A DNA stretch of 64,000 bases from NCBI GenBank assembly GCA_029263725.1, contig JAJUFS010000001.1, positions 19,439-83,438 on the forward strand, given 5' to 3'. Of this stretch, positions 1 through 10,278 are shown in pieces. Source of the stretch: Gammaproteobacteria bacterium (lineage in GTDB: Bacteria; Pseudomonadota; Gammaproteobacteria; Natronospirales; JAJUFS01). A program made the position numbers and the translations under genes. The notes beneath the pieces were generated by a model. The model was given only the letters and a program-made list of their open reading frames with translations. It had not been told where the DNA came from and made no database searches. Position 1 is the stretch's first letter, and each line of letters opens with the position of its first letter.

Positions 1-1224
1 CACCTGCCCGGCGCGGAGCTGCCGGCGGCGGAAGTGATCGTCAATCCCAACCTGCCGGGCGATCCCTTCCCCAGCAAGGCGCTTGCCGGCGTCGGCGTGA
101 TGTTCTACGTGCTGCTGGCGCTGCGCCGCCTGCTCCGGCAACGCAGTCATCCGGGCGGCAGCGTGAATCTCGCCGAGTGGCTGGATCTCGTCGCGCTCGG
201 CACGGTGGCGGATGTCGCCGCGCTCGATCACAACAATCGCGTGCTGGTGCACCAGGGGCTCGCTCGCATCCGCGCCGGACGGTGCCGGCCCGGCATCCAG
301 GCACTGATCAACGTCTCGGGACGCGTCCGCGCCGGCCTCGTGGCATCCGACCTCGGCTTTGCGCTGGGCCCGCGCCTGAACGCCGCGGGCCGTCTCGAAG
401 ACATGTCCATCGGCATCGAATGCCTGCTGGCCGAGGAGCCGGGGCGCGCCGCGCTGCTGGCGCAGCGGCTGGATGCGCTCAACCGCGAACGCCGCGACAT
501 CGAGCAGCAGATGCAGCTCGAGGCGCTGGATGTCATCGAGCGGCTGCAGCTCGCCGACGAGCTGCCGCCGGCGCTGTGCCTGCACCAGGATGACTGGCAC
601 CAGGGCGTGGTCGGCATCGTCGCCTCGCGCATCAAGGAGCGCGTGCATCGCCCGGTGATCGCCTTTGCGCGCGACGGCCAGAGCGGCTTGCTGAAGGGTT
701 CGGGCCGCAGCATCAACGGCGTGCACCTGCGCGACGTGCTGGATGCCGTGGCCGTGCGTCATCCCGGCCTGATCGAGAAGTTCGGCGGGCACGCGATGGC
801 GGCCGGGCTGAGCCTGCGCGCCGAGCGGCTGGCGGCCTTCGAGGCCGCCCTGCACGAGGAAATGCTGCGCTGGGTGGATCCCGCCGAGCTGCGCGGCGTG
901 ATTCACTCGGACGGCGAGCTCCCGGCGCAATTCCTCACCCTGGAATGCGCGGAGATCCTGCGCGAGGCGGGGCCCTGGGGACAGCACTTTCCCGAGCCCG
1001 TGTTCGACGGCATTTTCGAGGTGCGGGACGCGCGGGTGGTCGGCGAGCGGCACCTGCGGCTGCGGCTGGGCTGCGAGGGCAGCCTCATCGACGGCATCGC
1101 CTTCAACGCCGCCGACACCAGCCTCGGCTCGCGGGTGTATGCCGCCTACCGGCTGGACGTGAACGAATGGAACGGCACCCGGCGGCCGCAGCTCGTGCTC
1201 GAGCACCTGCTGCCCTGCGATTGA
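1..1224 (+). CDS. recJ: single-stranded-DNA-specific exonuclease RecJ, C-terminal part (5' end outside window)
   Basis: The frame is open from the window edge. The translation (VADVAALDHNNR..., GGHAMAAGLSL, NEWNG) is typical of the RecJ DHH/DHHA1 and C-terminal region. It is followed by prfB-lysS as in E. coli. Confidence 0.85.
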   Translation, partial: HLPGAELPAAEVIVNPNLPGDPFPSKALAGVGVMFYVLLALRRLLRQRSHPGGSVNLAEWLDLVALGTVADVAALDHNNRVLVHQGLARIRAGRCRPGIQALINVSGRVRAGLVASDLGFALGPRLNAAGRLEDMSIGIECLLAEEPGRAALLAQRLDALNRERRDIEQQMQLEALDVIERLQLADELPPALCLHQDDWHQGVVGIVASRIKERVHRPVIAFARDGQSGLLKGSGRSINGVHLRDVLDAVAVRHPGLIEKFGGHAMAAGLSLRAERLAAFEAALHEEMLRWVDPAELRGVIHSDGELPAQFLTLECAEILREAGPWGQHFPEPVFDGIFEVRDARVVGERHLRLRLGCEGSLIDGIAFNAADTSLGSRVYAAYRLDVNEWNGTRRPQLVLEHLLPCD

Positions 1225-1294
1225 CCCTGCGGATGAGACCGCGGATGCGTTAAGATGCGCGGCTTCGTGCCGAAGAATTCGAGAGTCAGACGCG

Positions 1295-2390
1295 ATGGAA
1301 ATCAATCCGATCAGACACCGCATCAAGGATCTCAAGAGCCGTTCCGAGGCTCTGAGGGGGTATCTTTGACTACGCTGAAAAGAAAGACCGCCTCGAGGAA
1401 GTAACCCGCGAGCTGGAAGTTCCCGATGTCTGGAACGATCCCGAGCGCGCCCAGGAACTGGGCCGCGAGCGCGCCCGGCTGAGCGAAACCGTCGGCACCC
1501 TCGACAAGCTGGGCCGCGCCCTGGATGACACCGAGGAACTGCTGGAGCTGCTCGCCGAGGAAGACGATGCCGCCGGCATCGCCGACATCGAGAAGGAACT
1601 GGACCAGCTGGAAGAGGACGTCGAGCGCCTGGAGTTCACGCGCATGTTCTCGGGCGAGATGGACGCCAGCAACGCCTTCCTCGACATCCAGGCAGGCTCC
1701 GGCGGCACCGAGGCCCAGGACTGGGCGGAAATGCTGCTGCGAATGTATCTGCGCTGGGGCGAGAAGAACGGTTTCGACACCGAGATCATCGAGGCTTCTG
1801 CGGGCGAAGTCGCCGGCATCAAGAGCGCCACGGTGAAGTTCACCGGCGAGTACGCCTACGGCTGGCTGCGCACCGAGACCGGCGTGCACCGGCTGGTGCG
1901 CAAGTCGCCGTTCGACTCCGGCAACCGCCGCCACACCTCGTTCGCCTCCGTGTTCGTATCGCCGGAAGTCGATGACGACTTCGAGATCGAGATCAACCCG
2001 GCTGACCTGCGCATCGACACCTACCGCGCGTCGGGCGCGGGCGGCCAGCACGTCAACCGGACCGAGTCTGCGATCCGCATCACCCACGAGCCCACCGGCA
2101 TCGTCGTCGCCTGCCAGAGCGACCGCTCGCAGCACAAGAACCGCGCCACGGCGATGAAACAGCTTAAGGCGAAGCTGTGGGAGCTCGAGATGCAGAAGCG
2201 CCGCGCCGAGCAGCAGAAGCTGGAAGAGAGCAAGGCCGACATCGGCTGGGGCAGCCAGATCCGCTCCTACGTGCTCGACCAGTCGCGCATCAAGGACCTG
2301 CGCACCGGCCACGAAACCGGCAACCCGCAGGCGGTGCTGGACGGCGACCTGAACCCCTTCATCGAGGAATCTTTGAAGCAGGGTCTGTGA
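1295..2390 (+). CDS. prfB: peptide chain release factor 2, needs a +1 programmed frameshift at 1364-1370
   Basis: ATG at 1295 opens a 24-codon frame ending AGG GGG TAT CTT TGA C (1355-1370). The +1 frame from 1368 continues [12 protein letters not shown]... into the listed ORF ending at 2390. That ORF carries the SPF and GGQ (SGAGGQHVN) motifs. Confidence 0.93.
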
Positions 2391-2393
2391 GAA

Positions 2394-2479
2394 ACGGAAG
2401 AAGGCAGAAGCCGGAAGGAAGAAGAGATGAAGGAAACGCGATCTTCTTTCTTCTCACTTCTTCCTTCTCTCTTCTTCCC
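2394..2479. repeat. imperfect hairpin with a homopurine 5' arm and a homopyrimidine 3' arm, prfB-lysS spacer
   Basis: gaaggaagaag (about 2415-2425) pairs with cttcttccttc (about 2457-2467). It shares the 12-mer cttctttcttct with the element at 4005-4070. Confidence 0.6.
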
Positions 2480-2491
2480 GAAGGAAGCGAA

Positions 2492-3985
2492 ATGAACCAT
2501 AACGACGAAAACCATCTCATCGCCGAGCGCCGCGAGAAGCTGCGTGAGCTGCGGGAAGCCACGGGCAACGCGTTCCCCAACGATTTCCGCCGCAACGCGC
2601 TCGCCAATGACCTGCACGGCCTGTACGGCGCGCGAAGCGGCGAGTCGCTGGAAGCCGAGAACATCGAGGTGAGCGTCGCCGGCCGCATCATGGCCAAGCG
2701 CGTGATGGGCAAGGCGAGCTTCGTGCACATCCAGGATTCCAGCGGCCGCATCCAGCTGTTCCTGCAGCGCGATTCGCTGCCCGAAGGCGTGTACGAGAGT
2801 TTCAAGGGCTGGGACCTCGGCGACATCGTCGGCGCGAAGGGTACGCTGTTCCGGACGAAGACCGGCGAGCTTTCCATCAAGGCGAGCGAACTCAGGCTGC
2901 TGACCAAGTCGCTGCGGCCGCTGCCGGACAAGTACCACGGCCTTGCCGATCAGGAGATGCGCTACCGGCAGCGCTACGTCGATCTCATCATGAGCGAGGT
3001 GTCCCGCGAGGTGTTCCGCAAGCGCACCCGCATCGTGCAGTTCATCCGCGAATTCATGAACTCGCACGGCTTCATGGAAGTGGAAACGCCGATGATGCAA
3101 CCCATTCCGGGCGGTGCCGTGGCGCGGCCGTTCATCACGCATCACAACGCGCTGGACATGGATTTCTACCTGCGCATCGCGCCCGAGCTTTATCTCAAGC
3201 GCCTGGTCGTCGGCGGCTTCGAGCGCGTCTACGAAATCAATCGCAGCTTCCGCAACGAAGGCGTGTCGACCCGGCACAACCCCGAGTTCACCATGCTCGA
3301 GTTCTACTGGGCCTACGCGGATTACCGCGACCTGATGGACTTCACCGAGCTGATGATGCGCGACCTCGCCGAGCTGATCACGGGCTCGACCACGGTGAGC
3401 TACCAGGGCGAGAGCTACGACTTCGGCAAGCCGTTCGCGCGCATGACCGTCAAGGAAGCGGTGATCGCGTACAACCCCGATCTCGACATGGGGCGGCTCG
3501 ATGATCGCGACTACCTGGCCGCGGCCTGCGCGCAGCTGAAGATCGCCGTGGAGAAGAGCTGGGGGCCGGGCAAGCTGCTGCTCGAGATCTTCGAGAAAAC
3601 CGCCGAGCACCAGCTCAAGGACCCGACCTTCATCACCCATTACCCGACGGAAGTGTCGCCGCTGTCCCGCCGCAACGATGACGACCCCAGCGTCACCGAC
3701 CGCTTCGAGTTCTTCGTCGGCGGCCGCGAACTCGCCAACGGCTTCTCCGAACTCAACGATCCCGAGGACCAGGCCGAGCGCTTCCGCGAGCAGGTGAAGC
3801 AGAAGGACGCGGGCGATGACGAGGCGATGTTCTACGACGCCGACTACATCCGCGCGCTTGAGTACGGCATGCCGCCGACGGCGGGCGAGGGCATAGGCAT
3901 CGACCGCCTGGTCATGCTGCTCACCGACTCGCCGTCCATCCGCGACGTGCTGCTGTTTCCGGCGATGAGGCCGGAGGGAGCGTAA
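2492..3985 (+). CDS. lysS: lysine--tRNA ligase (class II)
   Basis: [22 protein letters not shown]... N-terminus, class II motifs ([15 protein letters not shown]). The ATG at 2492 is in frame with listed ORF 2177-3985, whose 5' extension is low-complexity. Confidence 0.93.
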   Translation: MNHNDENHLIAERREKLRELREATGNAFPNDFRRNALANDLHGLYGARSGESLEAENIEVSVAGRIMAKRVMGKASFVHIQDSSGRIQLFLQRDSLPEGVYESFKGWDLGDIVGAKGTLFRTKTGELSIKASELRLLTKSLRPLPDKYHGLADQEMRYRQRYVDLIMSEVSREVFRKRTRIVQFIREFMNSHGFMEVETPMMQPIPGGAVARPFITHHNALDMDFYLRIAPELYLKRLVVGGFERVYEINRSFRNEGVSTRHNPEFTMLEFYWAYADYRDLMDFTELMMRDLAELITGSTTVSYQGESYDFGKPFARMTVKEAVIAYNPDLDMGRLDDRDYLAAACAQLKIAVEKSWGPGKLLLEIFEKTAEHQLKDPTFITHYPTEVSPLSRRNDDDPSVTDRFEFFVGGRELANGFSELNDPEDQAERFREQVKQKDAGDDEAMFYDADYIRALEYGMPPTAGEGIGIDRLVMLLTDSPSIRDVLLFPAMRPEGA

Positions 3986-4004
3986 GACGCAGGACGACGC
4001 CTGT

Positions 4005-4070
4005 GGGAAGAGGTAGAAGAGAGAAGAAGCTGCCGCGAACTCTTCTTTCTTCTACCTTTTCTCTTCTCCC
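4005..4070. repeat. imperfect hairpin with homopurine and homopyrimidine arms, downstream of lysS
   Basis: gggaagaggtagaagagagaagaag pairs with cttctttcttctaccttttctcttctccc (ggtagaaga / tcttctacc core). Same family as 2394-2479. Confidence 0.6.
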
Positions 4071-4090
4071 TTCTCATGCAGGAGGTTCCG

Positions 4091-4690
4091 ATGTATCGCG
4101 TCCATGGCATGACCGGGTCGGGTAACTGTCACAAGGTCCGGCAGATTCTCGAGCTGACCAACCAGCCCTACGAATGGGTGGAGGTCGATCTGCTCGCCGG
4201 TGCCACGCGCACGCCGGAGTTCCTGGCGATGAATCCGAACGGTAAGGTGCCGGTGCTGGAGTTCGATGACGGCCGCACGCTGCCCGAATCGAACGCGATT
4301 CTCTGCTACCTCGCCGAGGGAACGGCCTGGCTGCCTGAAGATCGCTTCGCGCGGGCGCAGGTGCTGCAGTGGCTGTTCTTCGAGCAGTACAGTCATGAGC
4401 CTGCCATCGCGGTGGCGCGTTTCATCAAGGTTTTCCTGCCGGAAGATCATCCGCGTCGCGCCGAGCTGCCGGGCCTGGTCGAGCGCGGCAATCGCGTGCT
4501 CGCCGTGATGGACAGGCATCTTGCGGAACGTGCCTTCTTCGTCGGTAACGTGCCTACCGTTGCCGACATCGCCCTGCATGACTACACGCATCGCGCCGCG
4601 GACGGCGGCTTCGATCTCGATGCCTTCCCGCACGTGCAGGCCTGGCTTGCGCGACTGCTTGCGAACGGCTTCAGGGAAATGACGGCCTGA
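4091..4690 (+). CDS. glutathione S-transferase family protein
   Basis: GST N-terminal fold signature ([27 protein letters not shown]). The ATG at 4091 follows GGAGG at 4081-4085. The longer start at 4076 is possible. Confidence 0.8.
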   Translation: MYRVHGMTGSGNCHKVRQILELTNQPYEWVEVDLLAGATRTPEFLAMNPNGKVPVLEFDDGRTLPESNAILCYLAEGTAWLPEDRFARAQVLQWLFFEQYSHEPAIAVARFIKVFLPEDHPRRAELPGLVERGNRVLAVMDRHLAERAFFVGNVPTVADIALHDYTHRAADGGFDLDAFPHVQAWLARLLANGFREMTA

Positions 4691-4699
4691 TCGCCGGCA

Positions 4700-5599
4700 T
4701 CACGAGGGCAGTCGGCGCAGCGGACTGCCGTCGATGGCAAGCGTCCTGTCCTCGCTGTCGAGGTTCGCTACCGCGAGGATGAGCGTCTCCTCGTCGAGCG
4801 GCGCCACGTTCACCACCTCACCTGCCGCCTGACCGTTCTCGTCACGAATGACGTCGCCGGGAGCGGCGGCGGCAGTCACGAATATCGCCGGACGCTTCTT
4901 CACGCGGCCGAGGTATTTCATGCGGGCGATGATTTCCTGCCCGGTGTAGCAGCCTTTCCTGAAGCTGATTCCGTCCAGTTCATCGAGGCCGAGGTGCTGC
5001 GCGACGTGCGCATCCTGGATTTCGGGAAGGATGCGCGGCAGGCGACAGAGAATGTCCCAGCGCGCCAGCGCGTCGTCATCCGCGGCCGCGATGTCAAGCG
5101 CAGGCATGGAGGCGGCTGGAGCGACGATCTCCACGCGCGGCACGGGCGAGGCGGGCAGGGCGAAGACCACGCAATCGTTCCAGCCCGCAGCCGATCCCTG
5201 CGGCGGCACGGGCAGGCCGCTTTCCTTCAGCAGTTGCGGAATTTTTTCGCCGATCAAGGCACGGGCGGCAAGATCGTCGCGCCGTTCGATGTTCACCTTC
5301 GAACGCAGCACGAACATGCGCAGCCGCTGCAGTACTGCATCGACGATGGGCCTGTCGACGACCAGCAGGAACGCAGGTGCTTCGACGGGCCGCCGCAGCA
5401 CGCGCAGGAAGGCGAGCACACGGCCCTTGGGACTGTGATAGCCGGCCAGCTGCGCGCCGCCTGCTGCAAGTGCGTTGACGTCGCTCGAAAGCTGTCCCTG
5501 CAGGAACGACGCCGCATCCGGGCCGGTCACTTCGATGATGGCGTGCGCGTTCATGGCGGCGCCTGCCGCCGCCGGAAATACTGTCTGGTTTGCTGTCAT
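4700..5599 (-). CDS. ygfZ: folate-binding Fe-S cluster repair protein YgfZ (GcvT-like)
   Basis: C-terminal KGCYTGQEIIARMKYLGRVKKR signature and N-terminal GPDAASFLQGQLSSDV. Start is uncertain (5599, 5554 or 5653). Confidence 0.75.
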   Translation of the reverse strand: MTANQTVFPAAAGAAMNAHAIIEVTGPDAASFLQGQLSSDVNALAAGGAQLAGYHSPKGRVLAFLRVLRRPVEAPAFLLVVDRPIVDAVLQRLRMFVLRSKVNIERRDDLAARALIGEKIPQLLKESGLPVPPQGSAAGWNDCVVFALPASPVPRVEIVAPAASMPALDIAAADDDALARWDILCRLPRILPEIQDAHVAQHLGLDELDGISFRKGCYTGQEIIARMKYLGRVKKRPAIFVTAAAAPGDVIRDENGQAAGEVVNVAPLDEETLILAVANLDSEDRTLAIDGSPLRRLPS

Positions 5600-5736
5600 A
5601 TGCCGGTGAAAACTGGTGAGGCCGGACATCATAGGCAAGTCCGCGTCCGGCATGAAGTCCGCGGCGCGTTGCGGGAAGCGCGTGTATTTCTTACACTTGG
5701 CGCCCCATCAGCACCCTTCCAGCCGTCCGAGGAAAG

Positions 5737-5916
5737 ATGTCCACCGGCAACGATTGCAAGCCTTTGCAGGAATCCGGCGAGCCGAAGCTCTGGCAGCCCG
5801 AGCCCGCGGAGCAGCCTGTCGAGCCGGAGCGCCCGAAGGAATACGGTGGCCGCAATGGCCCTGATCCGACGCGCTATGGCGACTGGGAGAAGAACGGCCG
5901 CTGCATCGACTTCTAA
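5737..5916 (+). CDS. DUF1674 / SDHAF4-like small protein (59 aa), absent from the ORF track
   Basis: My own translation is MSTGNDCKPLQESGEPKLWQPEPAEQPVEPERPKEYGGRNGPDPTRYGDWEKNGRCIDF*. The C-terminal EYGG..GP.PTRYGDWE..GR..DF is the DUF1674 signature. It lies 47 nt upstream of sdhC. Confidence 0.75.
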   Translation: MSTGNDCKPLQESGEPKLWQPEPAEQPVEPERPKEYGGRNGPDPTRYGDWEKNGRCIDF

Positions 5917-5963
5917 CCCGCATGCGTTGCTTCCGGGCAGCGCGCACTGAGAAGGAAGGACTC

Positions 5964-6407
5964 ATGACCGCGTCGAACAACCCCGCGTCCGGGGGCTACC
6001 AGACGGACAGCCCGCGCTTTGACCGGCCGCTGTCGCCGCATCTGCAGGTGTACCGCTGGCAGATCACGATGCTTACTTCCATCCTGCATCGAGCGACCGG
6101 CATCGTGCTGTCGGTCGGCGCGCTGCTGCTGACGTGCTGGCTGGTGGCCGTGGCCATCGGCGGCGAGCACTACGCGCGCGTCGCCGCCATCATCACGCAC
6201 CCGGCCGGCCAGGCGTTCCTGTTCCTCTGGTCGATCGCCTTCTTCTATCACTTCGCCAACGGCATCCGTCACCTGCTCTGGGACGCCGGCTGGGGCTTCG
6301 AGATCAAGCGGATGTACGCGAGCGGTTACACGGTGTTCGCGTTCGTCGTCGCCGCCACTGCCATCACCTGGTGGCTGGCCTGGGACAAGATCGGAGGTGG
6401 CGCGTGA
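5964..6407 (+). CDS. sdhC: succinate dehydrogenase cytochrome b556 subunit
   Basis: LSPHLQVYRWQITMLTSILHRATG motif, three TM helices, first gene of sdhCDAB. Confidence 0.9.
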   Translation: MTASNNPASGGYQTDSPRFDRPLSPHLQVYRWQITMLTSILHRATGIVLSVGALLLTCWLVAVAIGGEHYARVAAIITHPAGQAFLFLWSIAFFYHFANGIRHLLWDAGWGFEIKRMYASGYTVFAFVVAATAITWWLAWDKIGGGA

Positions 6408-6781
6408 TGCAGACACCCATGAAGCGAGTACGCGGCCTCGGTTCCGCGAAGTCGGGCACCGAGCATTTCTGGATGCAGCGCCTCACCGCGCTCGCGCTGA
6501 TCCCGCTGGGCCTGTGGTTCGTGTACTCCATCGTCACGCTCGCGGGCGCCGATCACGACAGCGTGGTCGCCTGGATGCGCCATCCCGTGCGCGCCACGCT
6601 GCTGGCGCTGTTCGCCGCCACGGCCTTCTACCACTCCAAGCTCGGCTTGCAGGTGGTGTTCGAGGACTACGTGCACACCGGGTGGCTGAAGTTCACCGCG
6701 CTCATCCTCAACAACTTCATCCATGTTCTGCTCGGCGCGGCTGCTGTGATCAGCGTGCTGCGCGTCGCCTTCGGGGATTGA
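6407..6781 (+). CDS. sdhD: succinate dehydrogenase hydrophobic membrane anchor subunit
   Basis: ATGA overlap with the sdhC stop. Translation [23 protein letters not shown]..., position within the operon. Confidence 0.88.
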   Translation: MQTPMKRVRGLGSAKSGTEHFWMQRLTALALIPLGLWFVYSIVTLAGADHDSVVAWMRHPVRATLLALFAATAFYHSKLGLQVVFEDYVHTGWLKFTALILNNFIHVLLGAAAVISVLRVAFGD

Positions 6782-6785
6782 TTCA

Positions 6786-8591
6786 ATGACCAACGCCATC
6801 AAGGATTACAACGTCGTCGACCACACCTATGACGTGATCGTGGTCGGCGCCGGCGGCGCCGGCCTGCGCGCGACCGTCGGCCTCGTGGAGCTGGGCTTCA
6901 AGACCGCGAACATCACCAAGGTCTTCCCGACGCGCTCGCACACCGTCGCGGCCCAGGGCGGCATTTCCGCCTCGCTCGGCAACATGGGCGAGGACGACTG
7001 GCGCTGGCACATGTACGACACCGTCAAGGGTTCCGACTGGCTCGGCGACCAGGACGCGATCGAGTACATGTGCAAGGAAGCGCCGCAGGCGGTGATCGAG
7101 CTCGAGCATTACGGCATGCCGTTCTCGCGCACCGAGGATGGCCGGATCTACCAGCGCCCCTTCGGCGGCATGACCACGCATTTCGGCAAGGGCACCGCGC
7201 AGCGCACCTGCGCCGCGGCTGACCGCACCGGCCACGCCATGCTGCACACGCTGTACCAGCAGGCGCTGAAGCACCAGGCGGAATTCTTCATCGAGTACTT
7301 CGCGCTCGATCTCATCATGGAAGACGGCGCCTGCCGTGGCGTGATCGCCTGGAACCTGGCGGATGGCACGATCCATCGCTTCCGCGCGCAGATGGTGATC
7401 CTTGCTACCGGCGGTTACGGCCGCGCCTATTTCTCCTGCACCTCCGCGCACACCTGCACCGGCGACGGCAATGCCATGGTGCTGCGTGCCGGCCTGCCGC
7501 TGCAGGACATGGAATTCGTGCAGTTCCACCCGACCGGCATCTACGGCTCGGGCTGCCTCATCACCGAGGGCGTGCGCGGCGAGGGCGGTTACCTGACCAA
7601 CTCCGAGGGCGAGCGCTTCATGGAGCGCTACGCGCCGAACGCCAAGGATCTTGCCTCGCGCGACGTGGTGTCGCGTTCGATGACCATCGAGATCCGCGAA
7701 GGCCGCGGCGTCGGTCCGGAGAAGGACCACATCTATCTCAACCTCATGCATCTCGGCCCCGAGGTGATCAACAAGCGCCTGCCGGGCATCGCCGAGACCG
7801 CGAAGATCTTCGCCGGCGTGGACGTGACGAAGCAGCCCATCCCGGTGATCCCGACGGTTCACTACAACATGGGCGGCATCCCGGCGCTGTACACCGGCGA
7901 GGTGGTGACGCTGAAGGACGGCAACCCGAACACGGTCGTGCCGGGCCTGATGGCGGTGGGCGAGGCAGCCTGCGTGTCCGTGCATGGCGCGAACCGTCTC
8001 GGTTCCAACTCGCTGCTGGACCTGGTGGTCTTCGGCCGCGCCGCGGCCAGGCGCTGCGGGGAGATTCTCACGCCGGGCGCGCGCCAGAAGCCGCTGCCGG
8101 AGAACGCCGGCGAGGCGACCTTCCAGCGCCTTACCCGGCTGCGCGAAACCGCCTCCAACACCTCGGGCCGCCCGACGGCGGAAATCCGCCTCGAGATGCA
8201 GCGGACCATGCAGAACCATGCCGCGGTGTTCCGCACCGGCGAGGTCATGGAGGAAGGTCTCGAGAAGCTCAAGGAAACCTTCAAGTCCTTCCGGCAGGTG
8301 CGCGTCTCCGACCGCAGCATGATCTGGAACTCCGATCTGGTCGAAACCCTTGAGCTCGAGAACCTGCTCGGTCAGGCGATGGTGACGCTCAATTCCGCCA
8401 TCAATCGCAAGGAGTCCCGCGGCGCGCACGCCCGCGAGGATTATCCGGAGCGCGACGACCAGAACTGGATGAAGCACACGCTGGCGTGGATTGGCCCGGA
8501 AGGCGAGGTCAGCCTCGATTACCGGCCGGTGCACCTGCGCACGCTGACCGACGAAGTGGAAGTGGTGCAGCCGCAGAAGCGCACTTACTGA
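6786..8591 (+). CDS. sdhA: succinate dehydrogenase flavoprotein subunit
   Basis: [16 protein letters not shown] fold, [13 protein letters not shown] (covalent FAD His), [18 protein letters not shown]. Confidence 0.96.
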   Translation: MTNAIKDYNVVDHTYDVIVVGAGGAGLRATVGLVELGFKTANITKVFPTRSHTVAAQGGISASLGNMGEDDWRWHMYDTVKGSDWLGDQDAIEYMCKEAPQAVIELEHYGMPFSRTEDGRIYQRPFGGMTTHFGKGTAQRTCAAADRTGHAMLHTLYQQALKHQAEFFIEYFALDLIMEDGACRGVIAWNLADGTIHRFRAQMVILATGGYGRAYFSCTSAHTCTGDGNAMVLRAGLPLQDMEFVQFHPTGIYGSGCLITEGVRGEGGYLTNSEGERFMERYAPNAKDLASRDVVSRSMTIEIREGRGVGPEKDHIYLNLMHLGPEVINKRLPGIAETAKIFAGVDVTKQPIPVIPTVHYNMGGIPALYTGEVVTLKDGNPNTVVPGLMAVGEAACVSVHGANRLGSNSLLDLVVFGRAAARRCGEILTPGARQKPLPENAGEATFQRLTRLRETASNTSGRPTAEIRLEMQRTMQNHAAVFRTGEVMEEGLEKLKETFKSFRQVRVSDRSMIWNSDLVETLELENLLGQAMVTLNSAINRKESRGAHAREDYPERDDQNWMKHTLAWIGPEGEVSLDYRPVHLRTLTDEVEVVQPQKRTY

Positions 8592-8668
8592 TCACCGCGC
8601 CGGAACGTCGACGCACCAGTTGAACGAGTTGATTTTTTCCGGGCGCGGCCCGCGAAGAGGAAAACAGC

Positions 8669-9454
8669 ATGGCTGAATTCACGCTGCCGAAGAATTCGAA
8701 GATCAGGAAGGACGGCAAGGTCTACAAGGCAGACAAGACCGCGACCAACGTGAAGGTCTTCAAGGTCTATCGCTACGATCCGGATTCGGGCGAGAACCCG
8801 CGCATCGACACTTACGAGGTCGATCTCGACAAGTGCGGCCCGATGGTTCTCGACGCGATCATCAAGATCAAGAACGAGATCGATTCCACGCTGACCTTCC
8901 GCCGCTCCTGCCGCGAGGGCATCTGCGGTTCCTGCGCGATGAACATCGACGGTACCAACACGCTGGCCTGCACCAAGGCCATCGAGGACATCAAGGGCGA
9001 CGTGAAGATCTATCCGCTGCCGCACCAGCCGGTGGTGAAGGACCTTGTTCCGGACCTGACCAACTTCTACGCGCAGTACGCCTCCATCGAGCCGTGGATC
9101 AAGACCAAGACGCCGCCGCCGCCGGATCGCGAACGGCTGCAGTCGCCGGAAGACCGCGACAAGCTCGACGGCCTGTACGAGTGCATCCTCTGCGCCTGCT
9201 GCTCGACGGCCTGCCCGAGCTACTGGTGGAACAGCGAGCGCTACCTTGGCCCGGCCATCCTGCTGCAGGCACGCCGCTGGCTGGCGGACTCCCGCGACGA
9301 AGCCACCGGCGAGCGTCTCGACAACCTCGAGGATCCGTATCGCCTGTATCGCTGCCATACCATCATGAACTGCACCAAGACCTGCCCGAAGGGATTGAAC
9401 CCGGCGAAGGCGATTGCCGAGACGAGGCAGGACCTGGTGAAGCGGAAAGTGTAA
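8669..9454 (+). CDS. sdhB: succinate dehydrogenase iron-sulfur subunit
   Basis: Cys clusters [31 protein letters not shown] and [17 protein letters not shown]. Confidence 0.96.
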   Translation: MAEFTLPKNSKIRKDGKVYKADKTATNVKVFKVYRYDPDSGENPRIDTYEVDLDKCGPMVLDAIIKIKNEIDSTLTFRRSCREGICGSCAMNIDGTNTLACTKAIEDIKGDVKIYPLPHQPVVKDLVPDLTNFYAQYASIEPWIKTKTPPPPDRERLQSPEDRDKLDGLYECILCACCSTACPSYWWNSERYLGPAILLQARRWLADSRDEATGERLDNLEDPYRLYRCHTIMNCTKTCPKGLNPAKAIAETRQDLVKRKV

Positions 9455-9618
9455 GCGGGGCCGGCGTCTTTTGCGTCAGGACGTCGTTGCGGCTCGCCTC
9501 GGAATGCTCATGTACTGCCATGCACCGCTTCCTCGGCGATCCGCGCCTCGTCCTGCCGTAAAATCCATCCGGCCTTGAGGTTGTCGTGCCACTCCGATCA
9601 ACGCTGACGGAACTTTCA

Positions 9619-9861
9619 ATGTCCGAACAAGCGCGCCTCAAATGGCTCTGCCGCCGCGGCATGAAGGAGCTCGACGTGCTGCTCGAGCATTACCTCGAGC
9701 ACGAGTATCCGCGCGCGGACGAGGAAGAGCGCGCGGCGTTCCGCGAGCTGCTGGAATGCCAGGATCCGGTGCTGTGGGATTACGTCATGGAGCGCGACCA
9801 GCCCGGGAGCGAGGTGACAAGGAATGTCGTCCGCAAGCTCGTATCCGCATTGCGCGCTTGA
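9619..9861 (+). CDS. sdhE: FAD assembly factor SdhE (YgfY/CptB family)
   Basis: RLKWLCRRGMKELDVLL...(F)RELLECQDPVLWDYV matches the SdhE RGxxE family pattern. ATG at 9619. Confidence 0.85.
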   Translation: MSEQARLKWLCRRGMKELDVLLEHYLEHEYPRADEEERAAFRELLECQDPVLWDYVMERDQPGSEVTRNVVRKLVSALRA

Positions 9862-10228
9862 GCTTCGCCCCAGCCGCCTGCTGTTCGCGTTTTCCCTTGC
9901 ATTGACCGCGTTCGCGGCATTCGCGCCATGGTACGCGAGGCTGCCCGTCCTGATCGCGCTGCCACTGATGTTTCTTGTCATCGTCGCGGCGCGCCCGCTG
10001 TTCCGCTGGGCGCGCGGTCCGCGGCGCCTGGTGCTGCATGCGGACGGGCGCTGGGAAATCGATGACGGCAGTCGTTGCCTGCACCAGGCGGATCGTCTGT
10101 TGCCCGGCGTCTTCCTCGGCGCGAGCCTGCTCCTGCTGCACTGGAAGTGCCTTCACTGCGGCACGCGCGTGCGCGCCGCCGTCCTGCATGACAATTGCGA
10201 TGAAAATAGTTTCCGCCGCTGCGAATGA
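9824..10228 (+). CDS. YgfX/CptA-like inner membrane protein
   Basis: Overlaps the sdhE 3' end by 38 nt and is preceded by GAGGTGA. It has two predicted TM helices then a basic soluble tail. Position matches E. coli sdhE-ygfX. Confidence 0.6.
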   Translation: MSSASSYPHCALELRPSRLLFAFSLALTAFAAFAPWYARLPVLIALPLMFLVIVAARPLFRWARGPRRLVLHADGRWEIDDGSRCLHQADRLLPGVFLGASLLLLHWKCLHCGTRVRAAVLHDNCDENSFRRCE

Positions 10229-10278
10229 GGCTGCGTTTCACGCCGGACGAAGAATTGTTCGGAGCGAAGCGCGCCTGA

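Noticed and set aside
2177-2491. 5' extension of the lysS ORF (listed start 2177) overlapping the end of prfB.
   Set aside because: The extension translates the prfB 3' end out of frame plus the purine/pyrimidine hairpin ([26 protein letters not shown]). The LysS homology begins at [14 protein letters not shown] (ATG at 2492).
2391-2491. Possible lysine (L-box) riboswitch or T-box-like leader in front of lysS.
   Set aside because: The spacer is only about 100 nt and folds into one simple purine/pyrimidine hairpin. It has none of the multi-helix junction architecture or conserved L-box core that I can recognise.
6783-8534. A 583-aa ORF antisense to sdhA. Similar very long antisense ORFs include 35772-38576 opposite sucA, 43434-45569 opposite relA, 16157-18538 opposite lepA, 14221-16083 opposite degP, 2267-3640 opposite lysS and 31751-33685 opposite the GT4 fusion.
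   Set aside because: Each lies entirely opposite a gene with unmistakable conserved motifs. Their translations are Arg/Ala/Gly/His-rich low-complexity strings with no motifs. Stop-poor antisense frames are expected at this GC content.
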